A stretch of DNA of 50,545 bases, taken from contig CALIEP010000350.1 of the NCBI GenBank assembly GCA_938022345.1, forward strand, positions 1 to 50,545, written 5' to 3'. The notes under the pieces were generated by a model that made no database searches, was not told the DNA's origin, and worked only from the letters and a program-made list of their open reading frames with translations. This document shows, piece after piece, positions 31,943-41,244 of this stretch. The position numbers and the translations under genes were made by a program. Numbering within the stretch: the stretch's first letter is position 1; every line of letters starts with the position of its first letter. This DNA is from an uncultured Actinomyces sp. GTDB lineage: Bacteria > Actinomycetota > Actinomycetes > Actinomycetales > Actinomycetaceae.

Positions 31943-32500
31943 TTACTTCGCAGACGAAATGTATTCGTACACGTTGTTCCCAGCCGCATCCGGATAGGTC
32001 GTCATCGTCACCTCATAGCCGGTGACCTCACCATCCTTGTAGGACACGGCAGACAGTTCGGTGATCTGCCCCTCGGGGATGACTAGGCGCTTGATCTTTC
32101 CGCCACTGAGGACAATCTCGAGCACGAACACGGCGCGAGGAAGATCCTTGCCATTGTGCAGAATCGAGATGACACCGGCCTTTTCCGTGACGTTTTCAGC
32201 TCCGTACACGGCCTTGAGCACGTCCACGTCCAGGCTCTGAAGGAACTTCCACTTGAAAGTCTCCTTGTAGCCTGTGTTCAGGATCATTACGGTGTCGCCA
32301 CCGAATGCCTTCTGTTCACTGGTTTCACGTTCAGGCGCGTTTTCCACGCCGTCTTCGCCGATGTAGCCGGTCTTTGCGAACGCTGCGTCGAGCGGAGTTT
32401 TCGCATCTGTCGGCAGAGCAGTTCCAATCGGGGCAATACGGACAACGCCGGTTGCTGTGGGCTTCGCAGCGGAAACCAAAGAAGTGTTCTTGTCAGCCAT
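31943..32500 (-). CDS. Major tail protein
   Basis: VSAAKP, APIGTALPTDA, GYIGEDG, AFGGDTV, GYEVT..YPD; GAAGGAG RBS. Confidence 0.9.
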   Translation of the reverse strand: MADKNTSLVSAAKPTATGVVRIAPIGTALPTDAKTPLDAAFAKTGYIGEDGVENAPERETSEQKAFGGDTVMILNTGYKETFKWKFLQSLDVDVLKAVYGAENVTEKAGVISILHNGKDLPRAVFVLEIVLSGGKIKRLVIPEGQITELSAVSYKDGEVTGYEVTMTTYPDAAGNNVYEYISSAK

Positions 32501-32587
32501 TTTTGTGGCTCCTTCCAAAAAGGGGTGGGTATGGAAAAGCCCCACACCCGCAATCACGGGGTGGGGACAAAGAAGAAGCTCTAATTT

Positions 32588-32935
32588 TTAGAGCATGATG
32601 ACCGCGCTCACCGTCAACTGATAGCGAGCCTGGCGAGAATCAGGATCCGGGAAATTGTAGAGAGCATCCACACTGATGGACGCTACCTGCGGGTAAGAGA
32701 CAAGAGACTGCAACGCTTGCGTTGCACGCGAGGCCAAAGCCGCAGCCTCAGCCCGACTCTCACCCCAACACTGCACCGCAAACGATGGGTAGTCCACCAG
32801 CCCAGTCACCTGTCCGCCGGTACGCTCAACCGTCACAAACCGTTCTGGGCGCGTTCCCGGGATACTCCCGTAAACTCCGACCCCCACCAACTCCGCACAG
32901 TCCGCGAGCGCGCGTATGAGAAAAGCTTCAGACAC
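32588..32935 (-). CDS. Tail terminator/completion protein
   Basis: RPERFVTVERTGG, AVQCW, PDPDSRQARYQ; position before the major tail gene. Confidence 0.75.
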   Translation of the reverse strand: MSEAFLIRALADCAELVGVGVYGSIPGTRPERFVTVERTGGQVTGLVDYPSFAVQCWGESRAEAAALASRATQALQSLVSYPQVASISVDALYNFPDPDSRQARYQLTVSAVIML

Positions 32936-33164
32936 TGCCCGCTCCCATACTCTTCAGCAGGGTGTTTTCCTTCGCATTGCGACGCCTGGCTTGATACGAG
33001 TCAGCTCGGACAACCCCGACGGGACGCCCTTTCTTTCCGATTCGCACGTCCCCTACGAAGCCGGTTCCGGCGGCGGAGGCGATCTTCTCTACGGACTGTT
33101 CGACCAGTGGTTTGGTGAGGGCTGCCATGGCGGCGAAATCTAGTTCGATTTTTATGTCGGACAT
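32928..33164 (-). CDS. Neck/head-tail joining protein
   Basis: ARRRNAKENTLLK motif; neck gene position. Confidence 0.7.
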   Translation of the reverse strand: MSDIKIELDFAAMAALTKPLVEQSVEKIASAAGTGFVGDVRIGKKGRPVGVVRADSYQARRRNAKENTLLKSMGAGSV

Positions 33165-33174
33165 GATGAGGTGT

Positions 33175-33513
33175 TCACCCCTCGATCTTTCGCGCGTGGA
33201 CCACGCGGTTCCACCTGGTTGGGGTGTTCTCTTCGGGGTAGGGCTGTGGGTCGCCGATTACCTCGTAGATGCCGCCTTGATAGTGGATTTGTCGACCTCG
33301 AAGCGAGGCTGTGTAGGTCTTTGGGATGTAGAAATCCATGATGATCTCATCCCCGTTCGGACGGATCGTGCCTTCCACGTCCTGCGTTGAAGCAGGGGCC
33401 GCGAGCACGTCACCTAGGACAGCTTCTAACCCCCATTTTGTGGTGGGAATGTTGAAGGTGTCCGTGCCTGTTTCGATGGGGCTGTGGATTTCGATTCGGT
33501 TTCCTTTAAGCAT
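33175..33513 (-). CDS. Head-to-tail stopper
   Basis: GTDTFN, YEVIGDPQPY..ENTPTRWN motifs; position. Confidence 0.75.
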   Translation of the reverse strand: MLKGNRIEIHSPIETGTDTFNIPTTKWGLEAVLGDVLAAPASTQDVEGTIRPNGDEIIMDFYIPKTYTASLRGRQIHYQGGIYEVIGDPQPYPEENTPTRWNRVVHARKIEG

Positions 33514-33901
33514 CGGCTTCTCCTTTGAGGAGGTTGATCTCAAAGGCCGCGCCTCGTCGGCCATTCACGCTGCGCTTTTCCGCCTTGGTCAAGTAGAGGT
33601 CTCCGCTGGGGTTTGAGAAGGACACTTGCTGGGTGAAGGGTCCTGCGGTCATGCTGGTGCTGGAGGCTCCTGCGAGGGCGTCGTCCCCCAGAGGGGAGTT
33701 CATGGCGCGTTTGACGATTGAGCACACCACGCGCCGCAGAGTTTCGGCACTGGCTTGTTCCCACTGTGCGCACTCGTCTTTAATGAGGCTTTGAGCGTCC
33801 TCAATGAGGACGGTGGCGCGTTCTTGCTCGACGGCTGTTAACCCTCGCCAGCGCTGTTCTAGATCCCGGTATGTCGCCCAGGGTGTAGGTATCGGACTCA
33901 C
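33506..33901 (-). CDS. Head-to-tail adaptor
   Basis: WATYRDLEQRWR, LIEDA, TAGPF..SFSNPSGDLYLTKAE. Confidence 0.8.
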   Translation of the reverse strand: MSPIPTPWATYRDLEQRWRGLTAVEQERATVLIEDAQSLIKDECAQWEQASAETLRRVVCSIVKRAMNSPLGDDALAGASSTSMTAGPFTQQVSFSNPSGDLYLTKAEKRSVNGRRGAAFEINLLKGEADA

Positions 33902-34014
33902 CTATTTTCCTCCCTCCTTGCTTGTGCCTGGACGGGGGCTTACCCTGCTTTCCTCAACCATGAGGTTAGAAGGTCTACTGGGTAAGCCCCCTATGACTCC
34001 GCTACGGGGAGTGG

Positions 34015-34941
34015 TCAGGCGGTCTTTTCCTTGACCACGGCGAAGCGGTCCACGAATGCGTACCATCCGTAGACGATTTCCAGGCGCAGAGCCACCTGGT
34101 TCTTACGCTTCAGATCACCCTGGCCATCCGGGTCGCCGAATTGGATGAGTTCAACGGGAAGCTCGCGCTGAACGCCCCAGCGAATTCCGTTTTGGAAGTC
34201 ACCGACAATCGCACGGATCTTCGTGTCGGCAGCCTCGGGCATACCGGAAACGGTGTTGCCCATGGCCACGGGAATACCCATGAAGTTTTCGATGTCGGTG
34301 CCAAAACCAAGGTTCGGGTAGCGAAGCTGGGAAGTCTCTCCGGCCCCGTCCTTGGCCTTCAGGTCAGACAGCGCCCACCCGAACTTCGGGTCGAAAGCAG
34401 CGCCGGTGACCTGCACGCCCATCGGAGACTCGATGACCTTACCGACGGCAGCGCGGAACGCAACATCAGGATCAGCGGTCTTTCCCGTCATTTCCACGGC
34501 GAGCGTGGTCGCGGAAATGTAGTTGTTCCACGAGGTGATCGCGGTACCGGTCAACGGGTTAATGCGGTGATAGATGCCCAAGTCAAGGGCGCGAGAAAGC
34601 GCATTCTGACCAGCCTCAGCAAGGGTGTTGAGGATTTCCAGCTGGTAATCCTCATCAGCCCACACAACCTCCTGGTTGAACCGCATCGTCACCTGAGCCT
34701 TGTGAGGGATCGCGGTGACCGAGCGGAAGCCTCCGGTGGTGGAAGCCTTATCGGTTCCTTCTTCGACGAACTGCGCCTTGGGCAAGTCGTCGAAGACGAG
34801 GATGTCGGTCTTGCCGAAACGCATTGGCTCAGAACCGGAGAGCTTGGCGACGGTGGAAAGAGACTGGGTCTTCTTCACCATTCCGTCAGCGATCTCGCGG
34901 GGCATGAGCACCTGCGCGTTGGTGGAATTGAAAATAGCCAC
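34015..34941 (-). CDS. Major capsid protein (HK97 fold)
   Basis: 308 aa after the scaffold gene; AQFVEEG, AIVGDF, DPDGQGDLKRKNQVALRLE. Confidence 0.92.
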   Translation of the reverse strand: MAIFNSTNAQVLMPREIADGMVKKTQSLSTVAKLSGSEPMRFGKTDILVFDDLPKAQFVEEGTDKASTTGGFRSVTAIPHKAQVTMRFNQEVVWADEDYQLEILNTLAEAGQNALSRALDLGIYHRINPLTGTAITSWNNYISATTLAVEMTGKTADPDVAFRAAVGKVIESPMGVQVTGAAFDPKFGWALSDLKAKDGAGETSQLRYPNLGFGTDIENFMGIPVAMGNTVSGMPEAADTKIRAIVGDFQNGIRWGVQRELPVELIQFGDPDGQGDLKRKNQVALRLEIVYGWYAFVDRFAVVKEKTA

Positions 34942-34987
34942 GATTGGCTCCTTTCATCAAGGGGGGGTATAAGAAAACCGCGACCGG

Positions 34988-35449
34988 TTAGTCGCGGTTA
35001 AACAGCTGGCGAGCTGCCTTTTGTAGCTCGCTGAGGGAACTGTCAGGTGCCTTGCCCTGATCGGGCAAAACGGGGACCTTCGGAGCGGCCTTGTTCAACG
35101 CCGCCTGCAAGGACGCGGCATGGGCTTTGAGGTCCTCCAGGGTGTCTCCTCGCAGGAGGTTTTCAGGCACCTCATATTCCAAGGCCGCTTCACGCACCCA
35201 CGTATCGTGCTGAGCTTTAGCCTCGTAATCCGCGATCTTCTCACGAGCCTTGGCGAGTTCAGCAGCGTCCTTATCGGCCTTAGCTGCCTTCTCGCGAAGC
35301 GTCTCGTAGTCCGCGTACTTTTGCTTTTCCCGTGCCAGGCGAGCGCCCACGATCTTATCCAGGTCCGCCTGGCTGGTGATCGGGGTGAAGTCCTCGCTGC
35401 CGGTGTTTTCCTTGGCGGCTTCTGCGGCCGCGTTGGTGCTTTCGGACAC
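34988..35449 (-). CDS. Capsid scaffolding protein
   Basis: FTPITSQADLDKIVGARLAREKQKYADY, LLRGDTLEDLKAHA; AAGGAGG RBS before GTG 35449. Confidence 0.85.
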   Translation of the reverse strand: MSESTNAAAEAAKENTGSEDFTPITSQADLDKIVGARLAREKQKYADYETLREKAAKADKDAAELAKAREKIADYEAKAQHDTWVREAALEYEVPENLLRGDTLEDLKAHAASLQAALNKAAPKVPVLPDQGKAPDSSLSELQKAARQLFNRD

Positions 35450-35602
35450 GTGTGTCCCTCCTTCCCCCACAGGTGGGGTAGTGATGGTGTTTTCCGCGAA
35501 ACCCTCGCGTAAGGGGAACACCCCGCATTTTGGGGGCATAAGAAAACCCCGCAACCCACAGGGGCGGCGGGGTAAAACTAAATGCGACGAACAGACGAGG
35601 GG

Positions 35603-35962
35603 CTAGTCCGCTGTCCTTGCGCGAATAGCTTCCTGAGACTTCAGAAGATCCTCATACTCTCCCAAGAGTTCTTCATACACGCTAACGCCGGATTGCTCCC
35701 AAGCGACACGCGTACTCTCGTAGCCAGACAAGACCGCTTGCATAATCTCATCGGGAAGTAGACGATCACCATAGAGACCGAAGTAATAGACGCATTCCCT
35801 AAAAGGAACACCCGGTCCGTCATATTGCAGAACGTCATACAAACCGGTCAGCTGCTCACGTTCCGAAGAAGGAAGTGTCGGCAACGCTAAAAGAAGATCA
35901 ATGAAACTACGCGTGATAGCTTCTGCTTCACGCTGCTCTTTCTCATGATCTTTCGCTTCCAT
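35603..35962 (-). CDS. Hypothetical acidic protein, candidate immunity protein
   Basis: 119 aa, starts 10 nt after the toxin-bearing gene, no structural-protein motifs. Confidence 0.6.
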   Translation of the reverse strand: MEAKDHEKEQREAEAITRSFIDLLLALPTLPSSEREQLTGLYDVLQYDGPGVPFRECVYYFGLYGDRLLPDEIMQAVLSGYESTRVAWEQSGVSVYEELLGEYEDLLKSQEAIRARTAD

Positions 35963-35972
35963 GACCCTGATT

Positions 35973-37268
35973 TTACTCCGCTTTCTCTATCGGATAAAGA
36001 GTAGATACACGGTAACGGCTACCACGTTTAGAAAGGCGCAAACTAATAGGAACCGAACGGTATTCACCCTGAACAGACAGCGAAAAACCATCCCACATGC
36101 GGAGCATGTGCTCAATAGCTTTGAGCACATCTTCGTCCTTCCAATCCGCAGGGAATTCTGGACGATTGCGCACCCATCCATAACCTGATAAATGGCCTCC
36201 GCCCTCTTGCCCCCCAGGGCTTCTGTACCCGTAGAGCACGTGATTGTAAGCCAGATCATTAAAGAGGATATCCTCACGTTTACGCCAGGCAGCAGGAAGC
36301 CTCGCGGGATCACGAGGCGGAACCGCCGCCCCCGACTTACGTAACACTGAGTCAGCGTTCCAGCGTTCTATCACCTGATTACAGTACGAATCCCACAAAG
36401 CGAGAGAAACCGTTCCATCACCCATGCGGCCGTCTCGCACTCGACGCAATTTCAGGCGACGCCCACCCTTATCTATGGCTCCTAGCGTTCGCCCACGCCC
36501 ACCCCCAGAACTGCGACCGCCCTCTCCGATTCCGTCCTTGTAATACGACGGGAACATGAGACGAGCCCGGGCAGCGACCTGATTAATGTCGTTAGGATCC
36601 CCGCCCTCAGATTCAACCTTCGCCCTAGCAGCACGGTACCGCTCATAATCGGCATCAGGATCAAAACCCCGCACATGAGCAGCTTTGTGCTCCCAAGAGG
36701 GCACGATCTGGCAATCACAATGAGCGTGAAACTTCGACACGGCACCAGCAGTTTCTTCACTGTGGTACACCCAGCCCCTGGAGGCCAGCATGGAACAAAA
36801 CGCGCACGTCTTCCCAGACGGAACACGAGCAAACCTAGGCTTAGCCGGATCCAGCTTCACGTTCCGAGCAATCGTGTCACGCCCCGAATACTTCACCCAC
36901 GTGTCCACGCCCTTCTTCACAGCCTCCAACGCGCCCCAAGGGTCGCCCTCCCAAAAGGCTCCTGCGTGAGCGCGCACCACAGACCTCACATCTTCTTCAG
37001 GAACACCCGGAGAAATGGTCGGCGTGTACTCAGGAAGCTTGCGCGAGGACTTTGCGCGTAGCTCCTCATACCACTGCAAAGCAGCAGCCCCAGCCACATC
37101 CCCATACACAGACACCAACTTGGGCACGAAATCCAATACAGCTTCGCGAGCCTGCGCCGGGGTATCAAAGTCCAGCAGCCACCAGAACTTCTCCAGATCC
37201 CGAACCGCGAGCGCACTGGCTTTGTCTACTCCAGTGGAGAAGCGGGAGATTTCGTCCCTCAGATCCAT
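35973..37268 (-). CDS. MuF-like (VG15-type) minor head protein with C-terminal EndoU-like nuclease domain
   Basis: RFARVP..TCAFCSMLASRG..Y, FHAHCDC in the MuF position after portal; C-terminal NHVLYG...GGGH...EFPADW. Confidence 0.8.
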   Translation of the reverse strand: MDLRDEISRFSTGVDKASALAVRDLEKFWWLLDFDTPAQAREAVLDFVPKLVSVYGDVAGAAALQWYEELRAKSSRKLPEYTPTISPGVPEEDVRSVVRAHAGAFWEGDPWGALEAVKKGVDTWVKYSGRDTIARNVKLDPAKPRFARVPSGKTCAFCSMLASRGWVYHSEETAGAVSKFHAHCDCQIVPSWEHKAAHVRGFDPDADYERYRAARAKVESEGGDPNDINQVAARARLMFPSYYKDGIGEGGRSSGGGRGRTLGAIDKGGRRLKLRRVRDGRMGDGTVSLALWDSYCNQVIERWNADSVLRKSGAAVPPRDPARLPAAWRKREDILFNDLAYNHVLYGYRSPGGQEGGGHLSGYGWVRNRPEFPADWKDEDVLKAIEHMLRMWDGFSLSVQGEYRSVPISLRLSKRGSRYRVSTLYPIEKAE

Positions 37269-37297
37269 CGAGTAATGTCACCCGCCTCTCGGTTTTT

Positions 37298-38926
37298 TTA
37301 TTTATCTTCTAGTCCGGTGGCTTCTTTTTCGGGTAGTCGTAGTGAGACGGGCATTGCTCCGGTGAATTTCACTCCGCCTAGATTGAGGAGTTGTGCGGCG
37401 TTTTCTGGGTCTACGCCGCTTCGGATAGCAACCCCGAGGGCTTCGAATTTGGCTTTCATTTCCCCGGCGCTCACCTGTGGTTCAGGATTTACCGGGGGGG
37501 TGATGTCTGCTGTTTCCACGCCTGTATTCCCTTCAGAAGATGGAGCTTCAGCGAGCTTTTCCAGCACGCCTACGGCAGCCGCTCGAGAACTCTCAGCCTG
37601 AATTTGATCGATCTCAGCCTGACTGAACCCGGCCCTACGCAGCCCGACGCTCGTATTAGCGATATCCGGACGAACGCTTGCAATCTTTGTGATGAAGTCG
37701 GATGCTGCTTGTGGGGAAACGTAGCGGGCTGGAGTCCAGTTGATCGCCAGCTTCCAGGCCTCGCTGGGGGGCTGGGATAGGCCGTCGCGTACCATCACCA
37801 CGTCCTCGACAAGGTGACGCAAAGCTGGAGAGAAAATCCTCCACTGGTATTCGGCCTCGTCAGAAAGCGCGTACTCGGCGGCCTGCATAGCTTCCGCCGA
37901 GGCCGGATTGTCAGCGAACAAGCCGACGGCGCTCATCGGCAGGTTCGTTGCCGCGCAAAAATTCTGCGCCAACTGCCGATACATCGACAGGTGGGGATCC
38001 ATGCCCATTTGCGCGAACTGCCCAACCTCCGGCAGCTTCCCATCCTCATCCGGGGCGAGTGCAAGCACTCGGCCGATAATCGCGCTCCACCGATCCATGT
38101 CCTTAAACGCATCCTCAGACGCACCGAGAACATACCGCTGCGGGGAAGAGAAGAACTCCGCGCTCGTCTCCGTCCGCACCAGGGTACGGATAGCGGCATC
38201 GGTTAGGTAACGGACCTCGCGACTGATCCGCGAGCGCCCAAAAGGCCGCCCCAACTGCGGGTCATAAACAATGGGCTCGACCAGGACGCGGCCTGTGGGA
38301 TTGGGTAGGCGCTGCATCATCCACCGGCGCGGAGCTTGAGCATCGTCGGGTTCGATTTGGATGATGGAGTCCCGCAGGTAAAGGGTCGCGCTGCCGATCT
38401 CACGCCGCCCCAAGGCCTCCGGGTTCTTCCATGACGAGCTCACCGCGAGCGCAGCTTGCAACGTGCGTGTGCGGTCATCCCACAGGGCGCTGCACCACAG
38501 GGCGTCGCGGGCTTGGATCATGACCTCAGGCTCGCCCCTGCTAGGGTCGCCTGCGGCTACGGTGAGGAAAGCACAAGAGTGTTTGTAGGCGCTGGTGATC
38601 GCTTGGGCGAGCTCGGTCTCGAAAGCGTTGCGGGACAGGATTTCTCCTACCTCGAAGGGATCGAGGCTCCCGGCCAGTGAATAGCCCTCAAAAACGTGCT
38701 TGCGTGCCAGGGCTGAGACGGCCTTTTGCGGCCACCCTAGGGCTGCGCGCGTGTTACGCAGCTCAGGCGGGATAGAGATCCCTAGATCGCGGAAAGCGCG
38801 GTGCCCGTCGTAATAGACGTTCAGGGTCTCATTCTTTTCCGCCTTGGTGGCAATGAGTTTCCACAAACGGTTGAGCTGGTCTTGTTCGACTGCGCTCAAT
38901 TCCTTAAACGTGGGTGCGGGGATCAC
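37298..38926 (-). CDS. Portal protein
   Basis: YYDG, LGISIPP, LGWPQKAV, PFGRSRISR, SAEFFSSPQRYVLG, NPASAEA. Confidence 0.92.
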   Translation of the reverse strand: MIPAPTFKELSAVEQDQLNRLWKLIATKAEKNETLNVYYDGHRAFRDLGISIPPELRNTRAALGWPQKAVSALARKHVFEGYSLAGSLDPFEVGEILSRNAFETELAQAITSAYKHSCAFLTVAAGDPSRGEPEVMIQARDALWCSALWDDRTRTLQAALAVSSSWKNPEALGRREIGSATLYLRDSIIQIEPDDAQAPRRWMMQRLPNPTGRVLVEPIVYDPQLGRPFGRSRISREVRYLTDAAIRTLVRTETSAEFFSSPQRYVLGASEDAFKDMDRWSAIIGRVLALAPDEDGKLPEVGQFAQMGMDPHLSMYRQLAQNFCAATNLPMSAVGLFADNPASAEAMQAAEYALSDEAEYQWRIFSPALRHLVEDVVMVRDGLSQPPSEAWKLAINWTPARYVSPQAASDFITKIASVRPDIANTSVGLRRAGFSQAEIDQIQAESSRAAAVGVLEKLAEAPSSEGNTGVETADITPPVNPEPQVSAGEMKAKFEALGVAIRSGVDPENAAQLLNLGGVKFTGAMPVSLRLPEKEATGLEDK

Positions 38927-40425
38927 AAGACCACCACCTTCCTACTGCGCGTAGCCTTCGGCTTACGTTTACTTGTCTTTGCTGCCCAATGGGCGTATGT
39001 GGCCGCATCCAAAAGCGCGACCGTCTGCCCTTCGGGGGCTTGCCAGCCGAACCCGCCGGCGTTCCCAATCTTGCGGAACGCCGCCCAAGAAACCTCACGA
39101 TCAAGCTCATCTGTCCCCGGGTGGACAATGCCACCGGCTTTCACGGCTTCGAGGAACATTGAGTGCGCGCCGATGACCTGTTCAACCGTGGGCGTGATGA
39201 GAACCTTCGCGGGGACCTTCGCCGCCCGCAATCGATCCACCAGGTACGCGGCCCCGCCCTTGCCTTCGATCACAATCTGCTGGGTCCGAGCCAGCCTTTC
39301 AGGATCGGCAAGGAAATCAACCAGCCAATCCACGCCGTCCGACGCTGAGGCAACACGCACCCCATCAACTAGCACCGTCTCATCGTCGACCTTGGAGGCA
39401 GCCGCGAGCGCCACATGCGACCCATCCACGCTGAAACGAACCGCGAACGACTGCGTCTGCCCGCTCTTAATCTTCGTCTTGCGCGCCTTCTTCCACGCCT
39501 CAAACGGGATCGCCGCCAGGCTTTCAGCCTCCGGATCCCACATGCCCAGCGCTTCGCGTTTGAAGTTCTCATCGGACCCAAGCAGCTTGCGCATACGCAT
39601 AATCGCGTTCTTGTTCGTCCGATGCGGGTAAGAGGGGTTCGCCCTCCTGATCTGCTTCCAATCCAACCGACCCTTCTTCCACGAAGAAGGCTCAGTACCA
39701 GGATCAGCAGAAAACTCCACATACAACGTGTCAGCGTCGCCTTGCAAAGCGTCCTTACGGCGCGAAGTAAACACCTCACCAGGGTCCTTAGGCCGAGGAG
39801 GCGTCCCCATCAAAAACACCAGACCATTAGGCGCAGCGTTAGTGGCGGGCACCATGTCACTCATCGCGTTCTCAGTCAGGATCTGCGCCTCGTCCAACAC
39901 CAAAACATCCACCTTGGCAAACCCACGGCCAAACCCCGACTCGCGAGCGCCAAACAAAATACGCGACCCATTACGGAACATGACGGCCTCTTGCCCGTTA
40001 GCCTGGCGCGAGGTACGAATAAAAGGCGCGACCTTGGGTTTTTCGCTCATCGCCCGCATGGACGCAAACGTCTCAGCACTCGTCCTAGTTCGGTGAGCCG
40101 TCCAAATCACCAACGTGTTCGGGAACAACAAACACAAGCCAAAAATCAGCCAGCCAATCGTGTAGGTCTTACCGGTCTGGCGAGGAATAGAGACCACGAC
40201 GCCACCAACAGAAGCCGCATAGGACCCATCCTCACGTTTAGCCAAAGCAAGAGAACCAAGACCGCGCTGCCACTCATCAAAGCTGATCCCCAGCTTTGCC
40301 ATCTTTGCCTCGACCGCGCCCCACCCCGTGGACACAATCCCCTTAGGGACGCACACGTGGCGAGCAACCTTAGACAGTCGCGGGGTCGAACGGGACGTCT
40401 TCACGGGAGTCAAAGCCACCCCCAT
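38923..40425 (-). CDS. terL: Terminase large subunit (start uncertain, 40419-40458)
   Basis: Walker A PRQTGKT, WTAHR, RGF, Walker B VLDEAQ, ANPSY, FKREALG. Confidence 0.93.
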   Translation of the reverse strand: MGVALTPVKTSRSTPRLSKVARHVCVPKGIVSTGWGAVEAKMAKLGISFDEWQRGLGSLALAKREDGSYAASVGGVVVSIPRQTGKTYTIGWLIFGLCLLFPNTLVIWTAHRTRTSAETFASMRAMSEKPKVAPFIRTSRQANGQEAVMFRNGSRILFGARESGFGRGFAKVDVLVLDEAQILTENAMSDMVPATNAAPNGLVFLMGTPPRPKDPGEVFTSRRKDALQGDADTLYVEFSADPGTEPSSWKKGRLDWKQIRRANPSYPHRTNKNAIMRMRKLLGSDENFKREALGMWDPEAESLAAIPFEAWKKARKTKIKSGQTQSFAVRFSVDGSHVALAAASKVDDETVLVDGVRVASASDGVDWLVDFLADPERLARTQQIVIEGKGGAAYLVDRLRAAKVPAKVLITPTVEQVIGAHSMFLEAVKAGGIVHPGTDELDREVSWAAFRKIGNAGGFGWQAPEGQTVALLDAATYAHWAAKTSKRKPKATRSRKVVVL

Positions 40426-40633
40426 GTTCTTCTTCCTCAGCCGCCTGCAGTTTCTCAATCTCCCGGCTAATCTCCATCAGCCGCTTGGAAAGGGACGCAA
40501 GATCACGAGCAGGGGTATCCGGGTTGTCCAACGTAACGGCAATACGATCACGGGTCGCAACCAGCATTGCCTCTTGATTGCCGCTCTGAGCGGCAGCAAA
40601 AATCGTTCCAGCAGACTCCAACGGGGAATTCAC
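40370..40633 (-). CDS. terS: Terminase small subunit
   Basis: 87 aa, RDLASLSKRL motif, overlaps terL. Confidence 0.75.
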   Translation of the reverse strand: MNSPLESAGTIFAAAQSGNQEAMLVATRDRIAVTLDNPDTPARDLASLSKRLMEISREIEKLQAAEEEEHGGGFDSREDVPFDPATV

Positions 40634-40639
40634 CTCCCC

Positions 40640-40810
40640 TCAGCGCCTTCGCATATGGTCACGTGGAAAAAAATTCGGGGAGATATTTCGCTATCACGTC
40701 GGGGTGCGCCGACTTGGGAGGGGGAGGGGCATGGGCCCCTACCTCTCCCAGGCGGATCGTCTTCAGGTTGTTCGTCAGGCCTGTTTTAGAGGCCTTTGAA
40801 CATGTTTCTA
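40640..40810. other. Probable cos/packaging region
   Basis: Non-coding gap between HNH and terS with short palindromes; strand skew switches here; exact cut site not identifiable. Confidence 0.4.
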
Positions 40811-40812
40811 TG

Positions 40813-41130
40813 TTACCAGTTTTTGGTGTTGTCTAGCGTGGTGTAGTGGGTTTGTTTCGCGTGTTTTCTAGCTGTGTTGCGTCCGGTTAGTGCGCCTCGG
40901 CGTTGGTTGCAGCGCCTGCAGATTGTGCGTCCGTTTTCTAGAGTGTTGGTGCCGCCGTTGGCGTGGGGGATGATGTGGTCGGGTTCTGCACTGTTGGGTT
41001 GTCGGCTGGTGGTGTAGTCGAGAGGGGTGTTGCAGAGGGGGCAGTGGGTGATGCCTTGGTTGCGATCACGGTTAAGGATTTGAGTCCGCCAGTGTTTGTG
41101 GCTGGCGGTACCGGTTCGGGAGGTCGCCAC
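40813..41130 (-). CDS. HNH endonuclease (terminase-associated)
   Basis: CPLC, EPDHIIP, GGTNTLEN, CRRCN. Confidence 0.9.
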   Translation of the reverse strand: MATSRTGTASHKHWRTQILNRDRNQGITHCPLCNTPLDYTTSRQPNSAEPDHIIPHANGGTNTLENGRTICRRCNQRRGALTGRNTARKHAKQTHYTTLDNTKNW

Positions 41131-41244
41131 GGTGGGTACCCCCCTCCCCTGGGTGTGGAGAAGCCCCCTGGGGTTTGGTACTCCCCAGGGGGCTTCTTGC
41201 AGTCTTTACCACTGGTATCACAATACACCGTTGCACCGTGAAAA

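Noticed and set aside
33934..33991. Hammerhead ribozyme
   Set aside because: No CUGANGA core on either strand
34141..40470. Long plus-strand ORFs 34141-35001, 38801-39631 and 39415-40470
   Set aside because: Antisense shadows of capsid, portal and terminase genes in GC-rich DNA, without recognisable motifs
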